Assembly (NCBI RefSeq): GCF_006345805.1
Contig: NC_042999.1
Coordinates: 7,068,001-7,132,000 of the forward strand
DNA: 64,000 bases
Direction of reading: 5' to 3'
Origin: Octopus sinensis
Taxonomy: Eukaryota
Positions 38,332-49,959 of the stretch are shown here, one piece after another. How positions within the stretch are numbered: position 1 is the stretch's first letter; every line of letters starts with the position of its first letter. The notes beneath the pieces were generated by a model that ran no database searches, was not told where the DNA came from, and worked only from the letters and a program-made list of their open reading frames with translations. A program made the translations under genes and the position numbers.

Positions 38332-38755
38332 TTTTCTATCTATCTATATACGCGTGGCTTTAAGAGTATCGCGAAAGAGCTGGTTGGATGCCTAAAATTC
38401 CGTGTTCTGTCACATGGCTTAGAAGAACTGAAGGACCGCTGCTATAAGTGTGTCAATCTGAGAGGGGAATATGTTGAAAAAAATCATAACTGATCCCCCC
38501 CGTCTGCTTTTACCCCCAAACCCGGGAACGTTTCAGTACCCCGTAGTATATTTACGATACGTTTCTTTCAGTTTCCATATACCAAATCTATTCACAAACC
38601 TTTCGTCGGTCGGTGGCTTTAGTAGAGAACACTTGCTCAAGGTACCGCGCAATGGGACTTTGTGTACATACGCTACATAGAATTCTTGAGCATCCTGCGA
38701 AAAACCATTATTCTTAATATTGATAAATACAAGCATGATTAAAGAAACAAAAATT

Positions 38756-39160
38756 AACCAACCACATGGTTCCGGGTTCAGTCCCACTGCGTGGCATCTT
38801 GGGCAAGTGTCTTCTGCTATAGCCCCGGGCCGACCAATGCCTTGTGAGTGGATTTGGTAGACGGAAACTGAAAGAAGCCTGTCGTATATATGTATATATA
38901 TATATTATATATATATATATATAATATGTGTGTGTGTGTGTGTGTGGGTGGGTTTGTGTGTCTGTGCTTGAACCCCTAGCATTGCTTGACAACCGATGCT
39001 GGTGTGTTTACGTCCCCGTCACTTAGCGGTTCGGCAAAGAGACCTATAGAATAAGTACTGGGCTTACAAAGAATAAGTCCCGGGGTCGATTTGATCGACT
39101 AAAGGCGGTGCTCCAGCATGGCCGCAGTCAAATGACTGAAACAAGTAAAAGAGTAAAGAG
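38756..39160 (+). mobile_element. SINE-A, slightly 5'-truncated
   Basis: Body and tail canonical. Confidence 0.9.
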
Positions 39161-39982
39161 AGAGATGTTTATATATATATTTAAATCAACATGGTCACTG
39201 CGCCAGTAATTCCTAGTCTGATTGCCAGAGCTCCACACAATGATTAAAAAAAAACATTAAGAATCTCTTTTGCTGGTTCCATATTGGAATTAGTGACGTC
39301 ACACTGAAAAGGATTCCTTAATGAAAATTGTATTGATTTAACTAATGCTCCTTCGGCGCGGATCGTTGCACTCTGCAACGCATGAACACACATCTAAGCA
39401 CGTAGTCACATAGTCTTGTATGAATTATATATCCTTTACACCGCCTACGCGTTATATACATACATACACACGCGCGCGTGCACACTCACACACTCGTATA
39501 AACACACACACACACACTTCACAATATTGAGTCGTTATAGCTTTCGAACGATATCCTCCCGCCCGCTTGGCAAGTAGGCTAACATTTCCCCTTGATCAAG
39601 AAGGCAGTCCATTACAGTGTTACCCATTTACAGATGACTCTATCGCCCCACCCCCACCTCCCCACAACATCACACCACACTACACTACACCATACGACAT
39701 TACACATCACATCATACATACACACACACACGTCCAGACCACCAGCCCTCTTTCACACGCACAATCATACTCTCTTATACACACACGCACCTTCATGTTG
39801 GGGCGAGGTCACTTGACCCTGTTATCTCCCTTACTATCACTCTAGCGTCTAACGTTTGACCTCTGACGTCTGACCTCCGATCTCTGACTTCTGCCTGAAA
39901 TCAGAACGTCATGTTGGACCGTTAGCTCCTACACGCATTTTTTTCTCTCCTTGTTTCTCTCCGTGTTTCTTTTCTGTGTATC

Positions 39983-40016
39983 TTTCTGTCGAAGAGCGTA
40001 GGCTCGAAACGTAAAA
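39983..40016 (+). ncRNA. Minimal type-I hammerhead variant (A6U)
   Basis: UUU-CUGUCGA-A-GAGC-GUAG-GCUC-GAAAC-GUA-AAA; palindromic ACGU stem III. Confidence 0.55.
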
Positions 40017-40115
40017 TACTTGTTTTATTTCTATTCCTGAGCGCCATACTAATACAATTGTTTGTTTGTACTCCACCCGCCTTCGTCTTTTGTTTATTTT
40101 CGTAAACCTTCCCGT

Positions 40116-40165
<50 letters not shown>

Positions 40166-40176
40166 TATATATATAT

Positions 40177-40211
<35 letters not shown>

Positions 40212-40220
40212 GTTTTTTCC

Positions 40221-40414
40221 TCTTTATTTGTGAATTAAGACTACCATTGGTTTCATGTTAAGAAGAATAGGTGAATATCCAAGTATCTTAACAATTTTCA
40301 AGCCGATCACATGGAGAAAGGTGTTCGCCTCCATTTTCGAAAAGAATCTCGTTTCCTTCACCTCCTACTCTTCTTAAGTTGAAACCAATGGTAGCCTTAA
40401 TTCACAAATAAAGA
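40221..40414. repeat. Imperfect ~55-bp inverted repeat, ~80-bp spacer
   Basis: tctttatttgtgaattaagactaccattggtttca versus tgaaaccaatggtagccttaattcacaaataaaga. Confidence 0.85.
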
Positions 40415-40479
40415 AATTATTTATCCACCAATGCGGTGTTGAGCGCTCATCACAACGTTCTGCATTTAAGTATATATAT

Positions 40480-40545
<66 letters not shown>

Positions 40546-41044
40546 AATTTTAGTCCTGTCACACTCTAAGTCTTGCTCCTACTCTCCTTATGCCCTCTTT
40601 AATAAGAAAAATATACTGTACCTATTAGTAACGGACTCTTGTATGTATCGGCTCTCCTAACCATTTAGCCCAGAGGCAAATTCAACATCCAAACTCTATC
40701 TACCCATACCTGCAGAACACTGAAGAGATGGAACTAGCATGGAGGATATCGTGGTCTCTTGTCAGAAACGGCTGTAAGGAACGGGTCTTTTAATCTTTTA
40801 CTCTTTTATGTATTACTATTATTACAATTACGAGTGTATATTTTTGTAGCACACGGTCTCTGTATGTGTATCTATTCTTATAATTCTCCCTTTTGTTTTG
40901 GCATAAATAGACATAATAGAATGTCTACCGACTGATGTATGTCATTTTTGTATCCCCTCCATTTTATTTTTGCCTCCGGATGAAGGCTGCAAATCGACTC
41001 AACCGACATCCCAAAAGTAGCGAAAGGTCCCGCCTAAAACAACA

Positions 41045-42906
41045 CTGATGGCAATTGAAAAAAACGCTGCAGCAATCCTATGTGAGAGAGAGAGCAAACA
41101 AAGAAGCCTGGGTTATAAAAAATATTATGTCAAACCCAAAGGTCTTCTTTCATTACGCGAAAGAAACAGCCTCAATTCGTTGCAAGATAGGATCCCTCTT
41201 CCAAAACGATGGCTCCCTCACAGACAATCCATCTAGGACCAGTGAGGTACTGAATGAGAAGTTTAAAAGTGTCTTTACCACCCCGATGTAACACAGACAA
41301 GTGAAAAAACCAGTGGACTTCTTTGTCGCCTCACCTATAACCAGCGAGGCAGTTAGAATAGAATATATTGACATTAGCGAAGAAGATGTCCTACTAGCCA
41401 TAGATGAAGTGTACACAAACTCAACTGCTGGTCCTAATGGTTTCCCAGCAATCCTTCTCAAAGCGTGTAAGCATGCCCTGGCAAAACCCCTCAAGATTCT
41501 CTTCTAGAGCTTTCTTACAAATGACAAACTGCCAAGCAAGCTGAAGGAGGGAATAATATGCCCAATACATAAAGGGGGAAGTAGAGCAGATGCCAAAAAC
41601 TATAGGCCTATCTCTCTGACTTCACACATCAGCAAAGTCATGGAACGGATAGTCAGAGGGAAACTAATCGCATTCCTTCAAGAAAATAACTTGCTGAGTT
41701 ATACCCAACATGGTTTCCGACCAGGTAGGAGCTGCCTGACCCAGCTCTTACAACATTATGACTGGGTGTTGAGGCAGTTACTCAACAACTCAAATGTGAA
41801 TGTAATATACCTTGATTTTGCAAAAGCTTTTGACAAAGTGGATTATGGTATGATATGCCACAAGCTGCGTGATCTCGGCATAGCTGGAAAACTTGGAGAG
41901 AGGTTACATTACTTTCTGAAAGATAGGAGTCAGGCAGTAGTGGCTAATAGATCCACCTCTATGAAAACATAAATAGAGAGCGGTGCTCCACAGGGCACAG
42001 TCTTGGGACCACTGCTGTTTGTAGTGGCCTTCTCAGATATGCCCCCAAGTGCCCGTATAGCCACCCTTGCAAGCTACACAGACGATAAGAAAGTCTCACA
42101 GAAAATACAGAACCCGAGCGATGTTGTACATCTGCTGCAGGAGTTGGACTCAATTTACAGATGGCCTGAGGATAATAATATGCAGTTTAATGCTGAAAAA
42201 TGCCATGCCCTGCACTACCAGCGTCCAAAACTGAATATGAAACTTACAGGGTACACTGGTCCACAGGGAATTTCAATCCCAGAGCCTATCGACATGAGTG
42301 ATGATACCTCTTTCCAAGTTCACATTACCAGCATGGCGACAAAGTGCCGACGACTGGCTCGCTGGATTCTGAGAACATTCAGAACCAGAGGCAAGGAAAC
42401 CATGATGGTCCTCTGGACTACATTCGTCCTCGGCCGCTTGTATTACTGCTCCCAGCTATGGTCACTTAACAGTGTGACCTTGAAGCAATCCTGAGAAGAT
42501 TCACAAAGAAGATCGTCTCTTTGCAACTACTCAGGTACTGGGAAAGGTTGAAACAGTTAAGATTCTACTCCCTGGAGAGAAGGCAGGAGAGATATGCAGT
42601 AATCTACATCTGGAAGATCCTGGAAGGAATTATGCCAAATTTTGGCATTGAAAGCTACACCAATGCCAGAACGGAACGACACTGAATAGTGCCAAAGATT
42701 CCAGCAACGCCATCGCGCTTCAGGACCAGTTACTGCAACAGCCTGCGTTTCAGGGACCCACAGTTTTTTAATATTCTCCCAAAAAGCTTGAGGAACCTGC
42801 ACAAAGTAGATGTAGGCGTTTTTAAATCAAAGCTGGATCTCTTCCTGTCGAGAGTCCCAGATGAACCTACTTCACGGCAAGAGGTGCAAATAAGGCTAGC
42901 TACATC
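41045..42906 (+). pseudogene. CR1-group LINE ORF2 (RT) remnant, truncated at both ends
   Basis: NYRPISLTS, QHGFRPGRSCLTQL, IYLDFAKAFDKV, PQGTVLGPLLF, YTDD; several stops and frameshifts. Confidence 0.92.
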
Positions 42907-43040
42907 ACTAGTTCTGCTTACCAAAAGCGGCCCACTTGCCACCGTGCATTCGTCGCGTCGCAATGGCTGCGATATACGGCCGCCTCCGATCGGGAGAGGA
43001 GCGGCCCGTCTCACCGGTTCCGAGTTCGAGAGAAGAGTTA
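42907..43040 (-). pseudogene. 28S (LSU) rRNA-derived fragment
   Basis: Minus strand gaatgc…agtgggccgcttttggtaagcagaact matches the recalled conserved LSU motif AGTGGGCCAYTTTTGGTAAGCAGAACTGG. Confidence 0.72.
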
Positions 43041-44144
43041 TATCATATTGACACTAATGAGTATGTGTCGATATGATATAACTCCCAGTGTTACCTTTAA
43101 CATTGCAAAACAAAATGGTAATAACAGAACTTGAACATAACCAGATTATATTGAGATTGTCTTCATCTATGGCAGAAGAGGGAAAAGCCGTTTAAAGTAA
43201 ATATTAAGTCTTTATCTGAAATTAATTATATGATTTTACAAGTTCCTGTTTGTCACAAGATATTTATATTAAAGCAATTAATTTCAATAATCTACATTTT
43301 ATTATATTTTATATAATGTGAAACAAGCTGTGTTATGATATTAAAATGAATGCAATAATTTTAAAGAATTATTAAGTGCTGTAGTAAGAATTATGTTATG
43401 TTTCAGCTTATATTCTCGAAGAATGTGATATAACGACGTTTTTATAATTTCTTAAAAGTTGAAGAGTATACAGTAAAACCGAACATCAAACTCCCTTTGA
43501 AAAAGCAACTCGAAAAGGACAAAGCCCCTCAGATTCTCGTTGAAATACTTTGCTTTTGAAGTATAACAACGATTTCAGGATCTAACAGTAATTCTTTGTC
43601 TCTTATTTCGAAATTCGCAAGAATTTGTGATTTATAAAGGAATCAACATTTACTATAAGGAGAGATGGAGCGATATAGGTATTATAAGATGGAACATTAA
43701 CCCCTGTTAGGTTACATACTTGATCTTCATATGAATCCAATTTCCTGACTACATTTTAATGTAACTGACAGAACCCCCAGAGACACACATATAGAGTCGG
43801 CATTGTATAAATCTAAAGTTTCACGAAAACTTCAGTTAAAACGTAATAATTAAATACAAGATTAATTTAATCTTTCTTCCAGCAACTTCGCCCGAAATTT
43901 CAACAATACAGATTTTTACACCCGAGAGGAATTTGTCAGTATTTATCGCTTTAAATTACAACCGGACACTGCAAGGTGAATCTCTCTTATCCTTAATCCA
44001 ATTCTATCCTTTTATGATAGGATTCTGCTATAGCCTTGTCAATCGTGCAAAGCTACAGGAGTTAGTATTAATAGGGAAGGAAGTGGCTCTAAACGAATAT
44101 AATACAATACACTAACGTCTCGGTAAATATTCTTTTATTCTTCT

Positions 44145-44555
44145 CCTCTTTTACTTGTTTCAGTCATTTGACTGTGGCCATGCTGGAGCACCACCTTAAG
44201 TCGAGCAAATCGACCCTAGGATTTATTCTTTGTAAGCATAGTACTTATTCTATAGGTCTCTTTTGCCGAACCGCTAAGTTGCGGGGACGTAAACATACCA
44301 GAATCGGTTGTCAAGCGATGTTGGGGTGGGGGACAAACACAGACACAAACATATACACACACGCACATACATACATATATATACATATACATATATACGA
44401 CGTGCTTCTTTCAGTTTCCGTCTACCAAATCCACTCACAAGTCTTTGGTTGGCCCAAGGCTATAGTAGAAGACACTTGCCCAAGGTGCCACGCAGTGGGA
44501 ATGAACCCAGAACCATGTGGTTGGTAAGCAAGCTACTTACCTCACAGCCACTGCT
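44145..44555 (-). mobile_element. SINE-A full length
   Basis: Reverse complement of head, body and tail. Confidence 0.9.
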
Positions 44556-44724
44556 GTGCCTAATAACGTTAATAATACGTATTAACCGACAGAGAGACTT
44601 TAGAAAATTCAGTCATATATTTTCTGGTATTTTACGTATTTGAAGATGAGAATAACAACCGGTATAAAACATCGAACTCAAGATATTGATTTCCAATTTT
44701 GGAACAAGGACAGCGGTTTTATGG

Positions 44725-44892
44725 AAGGGGTTAATCCGATTAAATCGACCCCAGTGTTCAACTGGTACTCATTTTATCGACCTCGAAACATTTACAGGTA
44801 AAGTCGACCCAAGCGCCATTTGAACTCAGAACACGAACACAGACAAAATGCCGCTAAGCATTTTGTCCGCCATGCTAACGATTCAGTTTAGG
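44725..44892 (-). mobile_element. SINE-B related, diverged
   Basis: aatcgaccccagt…aaagtcgacc…gctaagcatttt. Confidence 0.65.
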
Positions 44893-45610
44893 CTTGCTAC
44901 CTTCGTTGAACTCAAAACAGTAGCAAAAATGTCATACCATTCAAGGAAGAATGGAATCAGATGGCATAAAGTTTGTCTCAGAAGTTTTAGTGACGGAAAT
45001 AAAATACAAATCTCAAATCGATGTCTAGACATGAATAGTTCTCTCTGAGAGGCAACCTCTGTTCTTTGGGTTTTGGTACTGTCTGACGCAAATAAAGTTT
45101 ATAAATGTTTTTCTTAGTTGACGCCGTGAGTCCTTTCTGACATTCTGTATAAATTATTTACCCAGCAAATGTGTTTATCAACAACAAATCTTTTGTGTGA
45201 TTCGATTACCATGAAACATTGTAAGTTAATAAACGTGTTTAAATTTGTCGAGAAGCTTTACAAATTATCGGCTTCAACCGCAGACATCTCTGAGAGCTAT
45301 CGATCGAAATAGCACCGAAGTCACGTATGGTCTCTGAAAGTTATCCGCCAGTGTTGCATCCATCAAAACATGATTTAACATTAATAGTGAGCAACATGTC
45401 AATGCTAGCTGCGAATAACTTGTGTAGTTTGTTTCTGAATTATATATGATGAAATATTGATGAAGATGGCTTCGTTCTACAACTTGATTACTGAAAAGGA
45501 ATTAAAGAAAATACATAATCACCTTTTTCATAGATGTCTAAGAACGAAACTTCGAATCAAAGACTGCGGCGAAAAGTCTTTAAATATTTGTACTACAGAA
45601 CACTAAAGCG

Positions 45611-45800
45611 AAGAGCTGGCAGAGTGGTTAGCAGTATTTGTCCGTCTTTACGTTCTGAGTTCAAATTCCATCGAGGTTGAATTTGCCTTTCATCCTTCCA
45701 GGGTTAATGAGATAAGTACCAGTTGACTACTGGGGTTGATTATATCGACTCACCGCTTCCCAAAATTGCTGGAGCCGTGTGCCAAAACTTGAAAGCAATA
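45611..45800 (+). mobile_element. SINE-B related, diverged
   Basis: gagctggcag…gagttcaaattc…aagtaccagttgac. Confidence 0.65.
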
Positions 45801-45865
45801 TACTTCTACATAATAGAAAGTCTTCTGCTTAAACCAAAGTGGCACAATGAAACGCATAGAATGCA

Positions 45866-45926
<61 letters not shown>

Positions 45927-46288
45927 GAGAGTGAGTGAGAGAGAGAGAGAGAGGTGTATAAAACAAAAACGTGAGAGTGAAGTATGGAATAACTTGCAGA
46001 ATTTAGTTAAATCTCTTTAAATTGTAAATTATATTTCTGCTTGTGTTGATGCATAAAAAGAAAACTTCGTGAAACTCCAGGTAACAATTGGATCAGGTCC
46101 TTAATCCAAATGAATGAAATGTTTGAAAAATTTATGCAAACTGAATACATTTTACTTTGAGGAACGGAATATATCTCTCGGTTATAAACGGATAATCAAG
46201 CCGAGGAGAGAATATATAAGGATGGGAAGAAAGAATAAGAAACAAATCGTGTTTTGCCTGCAGTCTTTTATGGTAATGGGAATGGAAG

Positions 46289-46468
46289 CAGTCCGTCGGT
46301 TACGACGATGAGGGTTCCGGTTGATCCGAATCAACGGAACAGCCTGCTCGTGAAATTAACGTGTAAGTGGCTGAGCACTCCACAGACACGTGTACCCATA
46401 ACGTAGTTCTCGGGAATATTCAGCGTGACACAGAGAATGACAAGGCCGGCCCCTTGAAATACAGGTAC
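46289..46468 (-). mobile_element. SINE-C tail-1 fragment
   Basis: gtcggttacgacgatgagggttccggttgatccg…gaaatacaggtac. Confidence 0.85.
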
Positions 46469-46759
46469 TTTATGGTAATAATGAACGAAGGTGATTAACA
46501 GACAGGTAGTTGGTCAGGTAGAGGGAGCCTGGAGATAGGGGGGTCGAGTGAAATTGTCGGTCATGCGCAAAAGGGAAAGGGAAATGTAGTGGTTGCTGCG
46601 GTATCAATGTATGTGTTCGTTAGTGTGTGTGTTTGTGTGTGAGCGGGTCGAGTGGGAATGTCAAGTGGTGTAAGGGAGTGTGTGTGTATGTGAGTTAATG
46701 TATGTGTGTGTGTGTGGAAGGTGAGTGAAAGGAGGTAGGAAAATAGTAGCAGAAAAATG

Positions 46760-46960
46760 AATTATTGATTCCACGGGGAGTTACTGGCGATAGACAAAAA
46801 AATCGAATCCTTGTTCAGGAAAGAGTCTAGTGAAAGATAGTCCATGGAACCGGAATAGACAAGGGAACAGAAACATAGTATGTAACGTACTATTGCGACG
46901 TGCATCAAATAAGTGGTTTCATCATTGGTTTATTAAATGGTTGCCTCTTTCACTCAGCGG
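46760..46960 (-). pseudogene. Possible PLE GIY-YIG C-terminal relic
   Basis: Across frames: HLFDARRN…RLFPEQ…LSPVTPRGINNSF, resembling the EQxxIFxLGTLxPxGIN end of some PLEs. Confidence 0.35.
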
Positions 46961-47198
46961 GGCAAAGGTGGAAATTTATGCTCGACTAAAGGCGGTGCTC
47001 CAGCATGGCCGCAATCAAATGAGTGAAACCAGTAAAATATTAAAAGAATATCTATAATCGTTCAATCGAGGAAAGATAGATTGAAGCATGGAGGGAGTGG
47101 AAAAGTGGAATAGTCTATGAGAAGGAAGGTGAGACAATGTAAATACATGTAGAAGAGTGTATCCGTGCCTGGAAATTGGCACACGCACACACACACTC

Positions 47199-47302
<104 letters not shown>

Positions 47303-47502
47303 TATATATATATATACTACAAAATTAGAAAATGGAGAAATATACTTAAATCAATCAAATATCAACCATCAGATGATACCCAATCAATACTTTATTACAC
47401 CATTACATAACAGTAAAGGCATTATACAAAATATATAGTAAATATAATTAGACAATGAAATAGACATATAAAATATAAAATATAATATATAATTATATCA
47501 TA

Positions 47503-47613
47503 TCTGACAGCTGTTTCGGCCGTAAGGGCAATCATGCCTCATTTAACCTATAGGCCATATAAGGCAGGTATAAATGAGACATTAACAAGGATGCCCCACG
47601 GCCTCTTCAGAGA
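47503..47613 (-). ncRNA. Type-I hammerhead ribozyme with long stem II
   Basis: UCU-CUGAAGA-GGCCGU…74 nt…ACGGCC-GAAAC-AGCU-GUC-AGA. Confidence 0.85.
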
Positions 47614-47954
47614 ATTTAATTTATTATAAGTGTGAAAAAAATTTTTTTATACATATAAATATAAAAATATAAAATATAAAAACGTGTGCATAGACACTCA
47701 TAATACTACACACATATATATATACTCATTAATACAATAATACAAAATAAACAAAACAAAGTATATCAATATATATTAACAAACACAGTTATTCGACATA
47801 TTGGGCTACTAGTTCTAAAAACTAACACACAGGAAAATATATGCACACTCACATTTAAATTAAAATCAGACCTATACATGAAAAATAATTAAAAAAACAC
47901 ACAGTTCAGTTTATAAAATTATAAACCTGTAAAAGTCAATAAAAATTACTATTA

Positions 47955-47962
47955 ATATTAAT

Positions 47963-48017
<55 letters not shown>
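47955..48017. repeat. (TAA)n tract in the PLE 3' region
   Basis: Direct reading. Confidence 0.95.
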
Positions 48018-49959
48018 GATACAATTATGTCTGCAGCAAGTACATCCATCGGACATCGACATATCTATGAGTCTGATTATTCTGTCCGCTTAATATTGAT
48101 TATTCTAGATTAATTCGATTGGCTTATAGTTTAAAATTTGAATCACGAAAGAAATTTTACGGTTAGTTAGTCAAGAAACGCACATACGCACACGCACATC
48201 CACAGATCAATCGCACATACATACATAATTATATGTATACACACACACATACACTCATACACCTACATATCCACAAACAACGTCAAACACATAAATAAAT
48301 AAATAATAAAAGAGGTATAATCCTATCTATGCAGCCATCCAGCCTCTCAAAACGACAACCATGCCACTAAATTAACTAAAGAGATCCACTCATATATTTC
48401 CATAAAATATATGTTATAAAGATACATATATTTATATATCAAGACATCGAATTTAATTTTCGCAGGGTACACGCAGCATGTGACACCGTTTTTTCAGTAG
48501 TCAATATAACGTTTACTGATTTCACCGTAATTTGCTATAATCACATGTACGTTAAGTTATAAAGTATAGATTACTTTTTTATAGTATAAATATATATCTT
48601 TTCTACGTAATACATCCAATGCCATTATAATATTAATATTTATCCATCAAAGAACCTAACCTACGAACTAATAGAATTACACTTAAATATACATGCCCAT
48701 AAAAATACTCATGTATAGCAGCAGATATACACAAACGCACCGTCTATTTTCATATGTGACTCGCGAGAAAACATTCATAGTACTTATATATAAACATACT
48801 TTTAAGCATCCGTGGACACATAGATAACAAATGTAATAATTAACAAGATTTGGCATTAAATAATATTAATGGGGGACTTACCAATACAATTGTATATAAG
48901 TAAATAATAGAAATTAAATTAATTATAAGTTAATAAATTGTAATTATTTAAGTTTAAAATGTGATAAAATAAATAAGAAGAAATAATCAAAATTACATAC
49001 ATAGTATAAGTACAAACTAGTATACATGTATCCATATATTATTAAAATAAATAATTGATATGTATGTATATATCTACACTTAAATAAGTAAATAAATAAA
49101 TAAATAAATGAATAAGTAAATGACTAAATGGATAGATAGATACCATAGAAAACAAATTCAGATAAATACATAGGTACAGGTACACCTAATATATAGTAAT
49201 GCTAATATGCATATATCCACATATGCATAAAAGAGTATATATGTAAATAAATAACATAAAATAAAGTGAAGATATATATTGAAGAAAGTACTTATATAAA
49301 CCTAGTATACAGGCTAATATTATGTAAATTTATACCTGTAGATAATGATTAAAAAAAATGAATAGATGAATAGCATAATGTACAAATCAAGAAGACTACA
49401 AATATAGACTAAATATATAAGACTGCTAATATTTATAAAGCCAAATGTGAGTAAATGAATAGGTTTATTAATAAATAGCATAAGATACAAATTTAGGTGA
49501 GTACAAAGATACACCAAATATTCAATATATAAGCCTGCCAAATAAAAACCTACAAAAACCCATATTCTCAACCTAAACAAACAAACTCCCAAATAGACTC
49601 TCATATATTACATAATAGTATTACAATATCTAAAACCAGGTATCTAACTATGATAATCATACACACTCTGTAATTTAAGAAAACTTCAAGAATCACATAT
49701 TACAAAGGAAATACCAAAATGAATATATTATTTCTTGCCGTAGTGTACTTCCCTTATAAAACAAGACAAAAAACCCCACATACAAAAAACAATTAATACT
49801 GGACATATATATTTTTATACATGTGTAGCTTCAAAATTATATAAAATTATAAATTTATAAGTTGCATGTTTTAAAATTGTAGAAGACCACTAGTATAATT
49901 AGATACAGAAGGGAGTTAAAATATTACTAGTAGAAATGCTAAGTTCTATTTAAATCTAG

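Noticed and set aside
40700-40770. CUGAAGA…GAAAC-GGCU-GUA hammerhead-like string
   Set aside because: Stem I and the base of stem II cannot be paired; at best a very decayed relic.
45455-45600. Weak Crypton-like N-terminus (MASFYNLITEKELKKI…)
   Set aside because: Too short and frameshifted, with no recombinase catalytic motifs nearby.
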